DNA of 64,000 bases, taken from contig CAJMAO010000001.1 of NCBI GenBank assembly GCA_905211345.1, forward strand, positions 23,622-87,621. Direction: 5' to 3'. Origin of the DNA: an uncultured Prevotella sp. GTDB taxonomy: Bacteria > Bacteroidota > Bacteroidia > Bacteroidales > Bacteroidaceae. Each line of letters starts with the position of its first letter. Positions within the stretch are counted from its first letter, which is position 1. Below the pieces are notes generated by a model. The model made no database searches and was not told the DNA's origin. It saw nothing but the letters and a program-made list of their open reading frames with translations. The position numbers and the translations under genes are program-made. Shown one piece after another: positions 40,228-49,600 of this stretch.

Positions 40228-41502
40228 TTACTTTTCATACCTTTTTCCCCAACTTTGCAGCATCCGTTGGTACATCTTTTCTTCCGAAGGCGAATGCTGG
40301 GCGTGCCACAGGCGCTCGTCCTGCAGACCGTCTGGCAGATACTGCTGGGCGACAAAGTTGCCATCATAATCGTGAGCATACTTATACCCCTCATGATACC
40401 CCAACTCGGCCATAAGTTTCGTCGGGGCATTGCGTAAATGCAGCGGCACTGGCCGGTTGCCGGTACGCCTCACAAGGTCGATAGCCGCAGCTATGCCATT
40501 GTAGGCGGAATTACTTTTCGCACTCGTAGCAAGATAAACCGTAGCTTCGGCCAATGGTATACACCCTTCAGGCCAACCAATCTTACTTACGGCGTCAAAG
40601 GCTGCATTAGCAAGCAACAAAGCGTTCGGATTGGCCAGTCCTATGTCTTCGGCCGCGCTTATAACCAAGCGGCGGGCTATGAACTTAGGATCCTCGCCAC
40701 CCTCTATCATGCGGGCCAACCAATAAAGAGCCGCATCGGGATCAGAGCCGCGTATGCTCTTGATAAAGGCTGACGCTATGTCGTAGTGCATTTCGCCGCC
40801 CTTGTCATAAGCCAAAGGGTTCTGTTGCAAGCAACTCTCTACCAAAGCATCGGTTATCTCGACAGAACCGCCGCCAGCCGCCCCTACGGCCAGTTCAAGC
40901 GTGTTGAGCAACTTGCGCGCGTCGCCTCCACTATATCTCAGGAGTGCGTCAGTTTCCTTAAGCGTCACTTGCCTGCGTCTTAGTTCGTCGTCTTCGGTCA
41001 ACGCACGTTGGAGCAACTCCAACAAATCGTCTTTATCCAACGGTTCGAGCACATAAAGCTGGCAGCGTGACAACAAAGGCCGGATAACCTCAAACGAAGG
41101 ATTTTCCGTGGTAGCGCCTATCAGTGTCACTACTCCCTGCTCCACTGCCGCCAAAAGCGAGTCCTGCTGACTCTTGCTGAAGCGATGAATCTCGTCGATG
41201 AATAAGATCGGTGCGTTGCTGTTAAAAAAGCCCGTACGACGAGCCTTGTCAATAACATCCCTCACATCTTTAACGCCACTCGACACGGCACTCAGGGTAT
41301 ACAGCGGAACTTTCAGCTCACCCGCCACAATGAGCGCCAGCGTTGTCTTGCCAACTCCCGGCGGCCCCCACAGTATGAACGATGACACGCGCCCCCGCTC
41401 AACCATGCGGCGCAGCACGCCGCCGGAACCTACTAGGTGGCGCTGGCCCACATACTCGTTAAGCGTCTTGGGCCTCAGTCTCTCTGCCAAAGGTTTTACC
41501 AT
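40228..41502 (-). CDS. rarA: Replication-associated recombination protein A
   Basis: PLAERLRP, GPPGVGKTT, DEIHRF, ATTENPSF, KSIRGSDPDAA; start taken at MVKPL. Confidence 0.95.
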   Translation of the reverse strand: MVKPLAERLRPKTLNEYVGQRHLVGSGGVLRRMVERGRVSSFILWGPPGVGKTTLALIVAGELKVPLYTLSAVSSGVKDVRDVIDKARRTGFFNSNAPILFIDEIHRFSKSQQDSLLAAVEQGVVTLIGATTENPSFEVIRPLLSRCQLYVLEPLDKDDLLELLQRALTEDDELRRRQVTLKETDALLRYSGGDARKLLNTLELAVGAAGGGSVEITDALVESCLQQNPLAYDKGGEMHYDIASAFIKSIRGSDPDAALYWLARMIEGGEDPKFIARRLVISAAEDIGLANPNALLLANAAFDAVSKIGWPEGCIPLAEATVYLATSAKSNSAYNGIAAAIDLVRRTGNRPVPLHLRNAPTKLMAELGYHEGYKYAHDYDGNFVAQQYLPDGLQDERLWHAQHSPSEEKMYQRMLQSWGKRYEK

Positions 41503-41620
41503 AATGATATTGCAAAAGTAAGAAATATACCCGACAGGGCAAAAAATATCATCCAAAAACTTGCAGGTAACGGATAATGTATTACTTTTGCAACACACTA
41601 TAGAAACAAAAACTCTTACG

Positions 41621-42373
41621 GTGACCGTTACAATCCTGCAGACCGACGTTATACAGGCACGTCCCGAAGCCAACATGGCTGCGGCATGGGATCTAATGGC
41701 TGCCGCGCCGGGAGCAGACATTTACGTGTTGCCCGAGATGTGGATCGCGGGATTCCCTGCCTCCGACGCCCAAAGCCACGATGATGCCCTGGCGTGGATG
41801 AGGCGCGCTGCAGCCGCAACCGGTGCCGCCGTCAGTGGCACACTGACGGTAAGGGGTTCAGACGGATTCCTGCGCAACAGGCACTACTTCATAAAGCCTG
41901 ACGGCACGACTGCGTATTACGACAAGCGCCACCTTTTCACCCACGGCGGCGAAGACGGCAAATACATTAATGGCAACAGCCGTGTAATAGTCAAGCACGC
42001 AGGGATGCGTTTCCTTCTTCTTACGTGCTACGACCTGCGCTTCCCTGTATGGGCACGCTGCCGCCAAGACTACGACGCGATAATACTGCCAGCACAATGG
42101 CCTGCAAAACGTATGTCCGCATGGCACATACTGACAAGAGCCCGCGCCATAGAGAACCAGTGCTACATAATAGCCGCCAACCGAACGGCATCACACGATG
42201 CACACTACATCGGCCACAGTGCCGTAATCGACTACGCCGGACGCACCATTGTCCAAGCACGGGATCGGATTGCGCAGACCGTCACCGCAACCATAAGCAA
42301 AGCCGCCCTCGACAACGCCCGCGCGACATTCCCTGCGCTGGCAGATGCCGACAGCTTCAACATATTCATATAA
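41621..42373 (+). CDS. Nitrilase-family amidohydrolase (YafV-like)
   Basis: LPEM, YDKRHLF, CYDLRFP, ARAIENQ; GTG start inferred. Confidence 0.88.
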   Translation: MTVTILQTDVIQARPEANMAAAWDLMAAAPGADIYVLPEMWIAGFPASDAQSHDDALAWMRRAAAATGAAVSGTLTVRGSDGFLRNRHYFIKPDGTTAYYDKRHLFTHGGEDGKYINGNSRVIVKHAGMRFLLLTCYDLRFPVWARCRQDYDAIILPAQWPAKRMSAWHILTRARAIENQCYIIAANRTASHDAHYIGHSAVIDYAGRTIVQARDRIAQTVTATISKAALDNARATFPALADADSFNIFI

Positions 42374-42402
42374 AATAAAAACAAAACACATCAAAGAAAA
42401 AT

Positions 42403-43194
42403 ATGAAAACCGCCGACAAGAAGACCCTCACACTGAAGACCCTCACCAAGGGCAACGTATGGGACATTCAGGAGAACGACGTGCTCAGGATGCTGGCCGA
42501 CGCAGAAAAAGACGCTGATGCCAAAGACAACCTGCGCCACTATATCGACATAATACGCAGCGCGTTCGACATGGAAGACCTTAAGACACCGCGCCCCGAA
42601 GCCCTCAAGCAATACGAGAACCGCGGATACAAAACGGCCGCCGTGCGCCTTGCCGACGGACAAGAGCACACCGTAGCCCTAAAGAAAAAGCCCATAACAC
42701 GCGTAACCGACCTTACATACGAAAACATACGCCATATCTCAGCCGACAAACTGGTAGAAGTGCTAGACCGCAACTTCGGCGGAGGCTGGGACTCGTTGCC
42801 ACAGAGTATACAAGACATCATACAGAGCGGTTTCGACATAAGCACAACCACGCTGCCAAAAGAGCGTCTGCACAAGCCCGGAGGAATGTATGAGAAAAAA
42901 CTTGCTGACGGATATGCCGTGCTCGAGATAGCCAAAGGAGCATGGACCGAAGCTATCTTCGCCAAGCCCAAACCAGAGGCCGAAAAACCGCGGGCCGAAG
43001 CCCCGAAACGACCTGAAGGGCAGCCTGACGACGACACAGACTACGACATGCCAACTGACGACAACTATGCAGACAGCGATGACGACTATGACGACGACCG
43101 GCTTACCGAGGAAAGTTATCGCACCACTATCGAAGAAAATCCTGAAGACCTCGAACTGTCGGCTGAAGACGTAGCCGACGACGACGAGTATTGA
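42403..43194 (+). CDS. Hypothetical protein with internal duplication and acidic tail
   Basis: 263-aa ORF with host-like codon usage; terminator follows. Confidence 0.75.
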   Translation: MKTADKKTLTLKTLTKGNVWDIQENDVLRMLADAEKDADAKDNLRHYIDIIRSAFDMEDLKTPRPEALKQYENRGYKTAAVRLADGQEHTVALKKKPITRVTDLTYENIRHISADKLVEVLDRNFGGGWDSLPQSIQDIIQSGFDISTTTLPKERLHKPGGMYEKKLADGYAVLEIAKGAWTEAIFAKPKPEAEKPRAEAPKRPEGQPDDDTDYDMPTDDNYADSDDDYDDDRLTEESYRTTIEENPEDLELSAEDVADDDEY

Positions 43195-43220
43195 CACAAA
43201 ACAGGCAAAACAGATAAAAA

Positions 43221-43258
43221 AAGAGCCGCACGGGTGATAATGCCCGTGCGGCTCTTTT
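43221..43258 (+). terminator. Intrinsic terminator
   Basis: AAGAGCCGCACGGG/CCCGTGCGGCTCTT stem. Confidence 0.8.
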
Positions 43259-43342
43259 GCGTAACATAATCCTATAGCACAACTTCCGCCGGCAGGCACC
43301 ACGCCACAGGCAAAGCCGTGGAAGAACACGGAAAAGATTTTT

Positions 43343-43430
43343 CCGGACGGTTCAGACTAAAAGTGCGGATGACCTGCACAAAGTGTGCGGACGGCCTGCG
43401 CACACTTTGCAGACCGCCCGCACAAGTAAT
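43343..43430. repeat. Degenerate 22-bp-period repeat, 4 units
   Basis: Units start at 43343, 43365, 43387, 43409; GCGGA...CTGC core. Confidence 0.6.
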
Positions 43431-43460
43431 ATCAACGGCTTTTAAGACAGGGGATGCACG

Positions 43461-45233
43461 TCAATCGCACACGGGACGGACACATAAGCCGATGTAACGA
43501 AATCTTCCATAAACACTTTCACCACCGCCGAAGGCAATATCAAACGCATAACTGTCTGCGTTTACAAAGTCTCCGTATGATGCCGATGACGGTGTTGACG
43601 TCCAGTAATAACCAAGTGTCGGCTCATAATAGTTTTCATAATAATCGCCGTTGTTATTCCCGTACCCGTAAAGATAATCTCCATAATTTTCGTTACTCCA
43701 TTCTATGTAGGAACTATCGTATTTATGGTTCGGGTCGTCATTCCTTTTTTCCGTTTCAGGCAGGAATATAGACTTGCCGTTCGGGCCGGTAACTACGTAA
43801 CCGTCAACGCCGTTATAGGTTTTCTGCGTCCAAGTACATTCCTTGCGCAGTTCTTCGGCCTCGGCCTTGGTTGGCAGACGCCAATTACCGCCCCATTTGG
43901 CACGGGCTACGTCATATTGCTTGTTTTTGCTTATGTCGTCAAACGGCATACCGTATGTCAGGCTGTTGGCCTCAATATATTCGCCCTTCGGCTCAAGCTC
44001 GCCCCATGCGTAATAGTTGCCTGTCTCCATAGGCCGCACGGCACCTACGTTGTAAGCCGCCCATTTAGTGCCGCTTGGCAGACCTAAGTCAACTGCGCCC
44101 TTCTGTTCAATCTGCTCTACAAGATACGGCGTGGTGAACTGCATCACTTTGCCGTAAACATACCTGTCATCATCATAATAAGACGTCGCCCTTACCCTGA
44201 TGTAAGCCTTGTAATAATAAGTGGTGCCGTCGTCAAGATTGGTCAAGCCAGATGAAAAACCATCGTCAGTGCCGTTATAATCAACGACATGTCTCTCGCC
44301 GCTATCGACATTGCTCTTGTCCTTCGACACTATAAATCCGTACTCACAGTTCTGCGTCACGCTGGCAAGGTCGCCCATGTCAACGGTTGCGTTAAGCGTT
44401 GCCGACGTGGCCTTTACGTCTGCCGCCTCGCCCGTCACCAACTCTACATTTACCGATTTTATCTCTCTTATTTCTCCGTAAATGTTCTTGCCGCCGATGC
44501 TTACGTAAGCCCTGTAATACCAAGTGGTAAGTCCGTCAACCCGGCTTAAGTCCGCGCTGAATTCCGCGCCGTCAAAGTCGTAGGCCGTAACGCCGCGGGA
44601 AAGGCTGTCGCGCACAAGCGTGCCGTCGCCGTTGAGCTTGTGGTAATAAATAAAACCGCAAAGCATGTCGCCGTCATAATCTCCGTCCATATCAACAGTG
44701 GCGTGCAGCCGGGCATTGAAATAAAAGTCAGGGAGCTGCTGCCTGTCGGTAATGTCGCCTGTGGCCACGCGCACCCGCCTTGCCGGGTCGTGCGTTGTAA
44801 AGCTCTTTACGCCGCCGTAATGATAATTGCCGTCAACGTAAACGTATGACCTGTAATGGTAAGTAGTGGCCGCCCGCAGTCCAGTCAACTCCACTTCATA
44901 CCTGTTGCCGCTGACGTTGTTGGTAGTCCGGTAGTCGCATTTGTCGTATGTCAGCGTGCTTTCGTCATCATATTCGTCGGAATACACAACGCCTATACGG
45001 TAATCGTTGCCAAGCAGTTTCTCGGCGTTCACCGAGCACAGGGTCGTACCCGTAGTGTATGAAATATCCTTCACGTCGCCTGTGGCTACAAAGTCGTTAG
45101 GGCCAAGGTTGCCGTAACTCGTGCCAGTCTGCGTAGGTTCATAGCCTAAGTCATCATCGTCGCTGCACGAACTAAACGCGAAAAGTTGCAAGATGCAGAA
45201 AAATAAAATCGCCTTACTAATATGTATCTTCAT
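43461..45233 (-). CDS. Surface lipoprotein with three FN3-like repeats and a DUF1566/CLec-like C-terminal domain
   Basis: FSSC-SDDDD; three repeats ending T.YYRAY...YG; VDLGLPSGTKWA, WRLPT, YWTST, GLCVRPV. Confidence 0.8.
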   Translation of the reverse strand: MKIHISKAILFFCILQLFAFSSCSDDDDLGYEPTQTGTSYGNLGPNDFVATGDVKDISYTTGTTLCSVNAEKLLGNDYRIGVVYSDEYDDESTLTYDKCDYRTTNNVSGNRYEVELTGLRAATTYHYRSYVYVDGNYHYGGVKSFTTHDPARRVRVATGDITDRQQLPDFYFNARLHATVDMDGDYDGDMLCGFIYYHKLNGDGTLVRDSLSRGVTAYDFDGAEFSADLSRVDGLTTWYYRAYVSIGGKNIYGEIREIKSVNVELVTGEAADVKATSATLNATVDMGDLASVTQNCEYGFIVSKDKSNVDSGERHVVDYNGTDDGFSSGLTNLDDGTTYYYKAYIRVRATSYYDDDRYVYGKVMQFTTPYLVEQIEQKGAVDLGLPSGTKWAAYNVGAVRPMETGNYYAWGELEPKGEYIEANSLTYGMPFDDISKNKQYDVARAKWGGNWRLPTKAEAEELRKECTWTQKTYNGVDGYVVTGPNGKSIFLPETEKRNDDPNHKYDSSYIEWSNENYGDYLYGYGNNNGDYYENYYEPTLGYYWTSTPSSASYGDFVNADSYAFDIAFGGGESVYGRFRYIGLCVRPVCD

Positions 45234-45314
45234 ATCTTGAAGCTGTAATATCCGGCAAACTCCCCGACCGAACGAATTTGTAAAAAATTTGATTGCCGCG
45301 TATATATACAAAAA

Positions 45315-45403
45315 GCGTGGGAGTTCTCACCTGTCACCCGTCCCACACTTCGAGGCCTTCGCATTGCCCAGTCTGATAGAACGAGCAACGCAGAAGCCCA
45401 CGC
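45315..45403 (-). ncRNA. Candidate antisense/attenuator RNA in lipoprotein leader
   Basis: Closing stem GCGTGGG/CCCACGC; interior complementary in five colinear blocks to 45493-45530 plus 50871-50882. Confidence 0.55.
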
Positions 45404-45657
45404 CGATATGTATATATACCCATAAAGCACACTTGCCTGAGACAAATGCGCATGATAAGGGCTGTATAAAACATATCCCCGAGGACATCTACCGTTGCCT
45501 TGTTCTTGGCCAGACTTGGAAAGTTGCGAATTTGTGCAAAAGGACACAAAAGACATTCATTATCAAGGATTTACAAACGTGTTTCAGTTTGGTACACGAG
45601 AAAAAAGAACGAGAAAAAAGAACGGTTTAAGTGTGAAATCTTTTAGCTTTTAGTCAA

Positions 45658-47259
45658 ATGAAAAAGTTAAATAATGTTAGTCTTAACTTTAATCTGCGTG
45701 AGCCAAAAGGCAAGAAACAGACACAGCTATATGCAGTTGTAAGAGCTGACGGGAAGCAATACAAGATACCACTACAATGCAAGATAGAGCCGTGGCTGTG
45801 GGATGAACGGAAACAACAACCTGTGCTAACAAGTGGAAATGAAAATATATTACGTATAATTAACATCGTTTCACGCCTAAAAGTTGGATTTTTGGAGAAA
45901 GTTTGCTACGGTTGCAGCAAGAATATAATTTTAGAACTTAAACAAGAAATAAACGAGATGGCAAACCCACAGAACTTAAGGTCAAGTGTAACGCGAACAC
46001 CCAAGGCAACAACCTTGCTAAAACGTGCATTTGACCTCTATTATGCAGAGAAGCCAGCCAAGGAGAGCACTATTATCGAAACACGCAAGTTGCTAACGAG
46101 CTATGCCGAGTATTGCAAAGCAATAGGCAAAGACAAGATGAGTATGCTATCACAACGAGGCTTGAACGAGTACCGTGACTACCTAGTGAAGCAACGGAAT
46201 GAGCGAGAAAAACAAGGCTGCAAAGTCCGTTCATCGAATTTAAGGATAAATGCAAAATGCGAGCTGATTGCCCGTTTGATTAACTTCATGGGGACGCACA
46301 CGACCTTTGACCGTTACAACCTGCAATTCGTCAAATACAAGCAACTCCACGAGTTTAAGGCCAAGGGCGAACAAAAGATGCGCAGACCGCTTACGCATGA
46401 CGAGATGCAAGCAATTAAGGAGTGTACGGGGCTTACGGCTCGTGAAGCCGAATATAGAGGGCTGTTTGTCATGCAGTGCTCTTGTGGTTGCCGTACAAGT
46501 GACTTATGGAGAATATTTGACAAAACACAGCAAGAGTATTACACCAAAGACGGGCAAGAGGCTTTTGTTATAAACACAAAAAAAGAGAGCATAAAGGCCG
46601 TTATAATACTAACACCACTTATTCGAGGAATGCAGGAAAAATACAAGCATGGCTGGCGTGTATGTATTTCAAGCTACAACAAAGCCCTCAAACGTATATT
46701 TTGCAAGGCAGGTCTCAATCAAATAGAGCACTACATGGACGCACACGGGGTGGCGCATCATGACAAGTTATGCGATATTATAGCCTCCCATTTCGGACGC
46801 TACACATTCATTAAAGACTGTTTTCAAAAAGGGCTTACGGCGAGCGAAATAAAGGACTTGACGGGGCACGCCAGCGAAGCCATGATTAATGAGGTTTACT
46901 TAATAATAACAGGTAAAGACAAGGCGAAGTATGTGTTTAAGGCACTGGAACGAGTGAACGACAAGCCCCAAAACAATGATGCAGCAAATGAGCAACAGCA
47001 ACCGCAGCAAAGTACCGCATTAACGGATTATGTGCTGCATTGTCGCGACATATTGTCGTGGCTTGGTGAGCCGCGCGAGAACTACGCCGACATCCGCGAC
47101 CCACGGGGGCTTGCACGCTTAATTGCGACCCGTTACGAAGTCCCATTGGCAAATATGGGATGGGATGTTGAGGCTATAGAACGACTATATAAGGACGATG
47201 ATACAGAGGGTTACAAACGTTTGAAAGCAGATATTAAGCGGTTGAGGCTAAATTTATAG
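45658..47259 (+). CDS. Tyrosine integrase with C-terminal extension
   Basis: FNLREPK arm-binding start; GCRTSDL, SHFGR, LTGH, EVY. Confidence 0.88.
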   Translation: MKKLNNVSLNFNLREPKGKKQTQLYAVVRADGKQYKIPLQCKIEPWLWDERKQQPVLTSGNENILRIINIVSRLKVGFLEKVCYGCSKNIILELKQEINEMANPQNLRSSVTRTPKATTLLKRAFDLYYAEKPAKESTIIETRKLLTSYAEYCKAIGKDKMSMLSQRGLNEYRDYLVKQRNEREKQGCKVRSSNLRINAKCELIARLINFMGTHTTFDRYNLQFVKYKQLHEFKAKGEQKMRRPLTHDEMQAIKECTGLTAREAEYRGLFVMQCSCGCRTSDLWRIFDKTQQEYYTKDGQEAFVINTKKESIKAVIILTPLIRGMQEKYKHGWRVCISSYNKALKRIFCKAGLNQIEHYMDAHGVAHHDKLCDIIASHFGRYTFIKDCFQKGLTASEIKDLTGHASEAMINEVYLIITGKDKAKYVFKALERVNDKPQNNDAANEQQQPQQSTALTDYVLHCRDILSWLGEPRENYADIRDPRGLARLIATRYEVPLANMGWDVEAIERLYKDDDTEGYKRLKADIKRLRLNL

Positions 47260-47261
47260 CC

Positions 47262-47909
47262 TCAACCCACAAACTCTTTCTTAACGCGTTTAATTGTCGA
47301 TATGCTGCATTTAGTGCCTTTTTGGCTACAAATGGCAAACGTTTCGGAAATGGAAAGACCTTTACGCAAACACTTGATAACGTCCTTGTATTCATTGGCC
47401 TTTTGTTCGCGGCTCTTGCAACTGCCTACTTTGCGCCCCATTTTTACGCCTTTGGAGATAGCTAAAGCGCGGCCACTGTTAAGGCGAAACTTTATGTTTT
47501 CCCTTTCTAATTGTGCAACCATTCCAAGACAAGCAATAAGCACACTTGTAATTGGAGATATTTGGCCATCTGCATTAAGGAGTGTCATATTTTCCTTTTG
47601 GAAAAATACGTTTACATGATTGTCCGAACAATATTTAACTGTTTCTTGTACTTCTAACACATTACGGCCTAAACGACTTAATTCACTAATTAACAATATG
47701 TTCACATCATTATTTATACAGTAATCCAAACACGCCGTAAGCACAGCACGTTCCTCATTGCGTTTTGCGCCGCTTATGTGTTCTTGGAATGTATTTACAA
47801 CCTCCATATTATTGGCATGTGCATACTTTTGCAAATCACATACTTGCCTATCTGTTGTTTGCCTTTCGCTCAAAGATGAGACCCGAGCATATATTACCGC
47901 TTTCATCAT
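47262..47909 (-). CDS. Serine recombinase (resolvase/invertase family)
   Basis: IYARVSS, SELSRLGRN, ERENI, GRK, C-terminal HTH. Confidence 0.92.
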   Translation of the reverse strand: MMKAVIYARVSSLSERQTTDRQVCDLQKYAHANNMEVVNTFQEHISGAKRNEERAVLTACLDYCINNDVNILLISELSRLGRNVLEVQETVKYCSDNHVNVFFQKENMTLLNADGQISPITSVLIACLGMVAQLERENIKFRLNSGRALAISKGVKMGRKVGSCKSREQKANEYKDVIKCLRKGLSISETFAICSQKGTKCSISTIKRVKKEFVG

Positions 47910-47974
47910 AACTTCATCAGGTTTAATTCTGATGCAAAGATACGGATTATTTTGTTTACAACCAAATAATACGT

Positions 47975-48090
47975 AGATTTATTTGAACCTTAAATATAGA
48001 TTTAACATCCTCTAGCATACAATAATTCAAAGAATATTATGAGATATGTTTTAAGAGGCTCAAAACACTGTTGTCAGATTTATTTGAACC
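47975..48090. repeat. 15-bp direct repeat AGATTTATTTGAACC, candidate res subsites
   Basis: Copies at 47975-47989 and 48076-48090 upstream of the resolvase gene. Confidence 0.55.
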
Positions 48091-48185
48091 AACATGTTTT
48101 TTGCGCCAACTCTGCACGTATAGTAAGCGATAAAAAAGGCATTATCTGTCGGAACGCAATGTAATATAGGCTTTTATCTTCACGT

Positions 48186-49088
48186 CTACGGCTTTTTGAA
48201 AACAAAAAAATAAGAATGGTATTTACGGGCGTGTCTTTGCTTGCTTCCCCTTGCAAACAAATATTTTGTACGGGCGACCAAAATAAAAATGTCTTCGAGG
48301 GTGAAACCGCATTTAACGGCTTTATTGTGGACATAATTACTTACCCAGACCTGCCCGTTAGGGCCGCATACGTCCATGGTCTTGACTACAAGGAAACCTC
48401 CGTTTGCCAATTTCTCATGCGCCAGCCCAATCATATAGTCGTTGGCCTTGTACAACTCATCCACAGTCTGAAAACAGTCAAATCTGTCAACAAGTTTTGA
48501 CTTCAAGTTGCACTTGGCGTTGGAATTTACTATGAAGGGCAAATCCACGACTACGGAGTGCAAAGCCCCTTGCACTATGTCTGCGGCCTTGCACAACGGC
48601 AAAACGCCTTCAACTTGTGGATGCCTGTCAAACTTTAATTCGGGCTTTTCAATCTCCTTGTAGAAATTGCCGACTGAATATGTAAGGTCGCAGTCAAAAG
48701 TGTCTTTCCTTATGTACAAACGCAGTATATTGCACAATATTTCGTCCTGGCTGTCACTGACGGACTTGATTACCGTCGATGGTTTTGTAATGTCAAACAT
48801 TGATACTTTTTCAGTAGCATATTCTGATACGGAAAGGTCACTGTTAAGGTATTTCCGCACGGTGTTGACTGAACACCCCGACATATCTGCTATTTGCCGC
48901 AATGTCATGTTTGGATGCTCTCTTTTGGCTTTCAGTATCTTTTGCATGAGGCTTATTCTAGCATCCAACCTCCTGTCTATATTGTTGACCCGTATGTATT
49001 TGCGCACGGCCGCTTCTGTAACTCCACATTTGGCTGCGTTTTCCTTTACTGATATGCTAGGGTCATATCTTAATTTTAGCAAGCTCAT
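48186..49088 (-). CDS. Tandem-HTH plus DNA amino-methyltransferase-like protein
   Basis: Two HTH motifs; DLTYSVGNFY (motif I-like), VVDLPF (motif IV-like), GFLVVK, YFFVFKK. Confidence 0.65.
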   Translation of the reverse strand: MSLLKLRYDPSISVKENAAKCGVTEAAVRKYIRVNNIDRRLDARISLMQKILKAKREHPNMTLRQIADMSGCSVNTVRKYLNSDLSVSEYATEKVSMFDITKPSTVIKSVSDSQDEILCNILRLYIRKDTFDCDLTYSVGNFYKEIEKPELKFDRHPQVEGVLPLCKAADIVQGALHSVVVDLPFIVNSNAKCNLKSKLVDRFDCFQTVDELYKANDYMIGLAHEKLANGGFLVVKTMDVCGPNGQVWVSNYVHNKAVKCGFTLEDIFILVARTKYLFARGSKQRHARKYHSYFFVFKKP

Positions 49089-49360
49089 GTATAAGTCAAA
49101 TTGAAAACAGCCGTAAAGATAATAAATCAGGATGAAACCACAACAGTTCCAGTAATATTTTGTAGCTGCAAAAATTAAGTGGTATACCCCTATGAAACCT
49201 TGCAGCCAATTATGCCAACAAAGTAGGCTTAGCAGGCAATAATCGGATAGAAAAATATTCTGGCAGACAATTCTTCCGAAAAAAAGATACCTACTATTGG
49301 TACTTTTTCAACTATTTATACTATTTATTTATATGAAATAATAATGTAAATATAAATAAA

Positions 49361-49600
49361 ATGACTGACAATAAAAGATTTAAGAGACAAAGCCGTGAAA
49401 TGCCGCAGGTCGTAAAAGACAAAATTGCTGCTAAATTACGTGGCAGGAAATTATCTGATGAAACGAAAAAAAGAATTGCGGACGGTCAGCGCAGGGCGTG
49501 GGCACAAATACCACAGAAACAAGATGCCAGCACCTTATGGCCGACAGATAATAATAACGATAAAGACAACAATGAATTATGCCACGAAAAAAAAGAATAA
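49361..49600 (+). CDS. Stand-alone NUMOD3-motif DNA-binding peptide
   Basis: VKDKIAAKLRGRKLSDETKKRIADG. Confidence 0.65.
   Translation: MTDNKRFKRQSREMPQVVKDKIAAKLRGRKLSDETKKRIADGQRRAWAQIPQKQDASTLWPTDNNNDKDNNELCHEKKE

Noticed and set aside
40228..41721. Extended N-termini in the ORF track for rarA, xylA, the left integrase, dnaQ and the lipoprotein
   Set aside because: Extensions overlap neighbouring genes or regulatory DNA; downstream starts fit family N-termini better.
43343..43430. Mini-CRISPR
   Set aside because: Tandem degenerate 22-mers with no unique spacers.
47262..48180. Invertible promoter driven by the serine recombinase
   Set aside because: Only direct repeats found; no inverted pair flanking a promoter.
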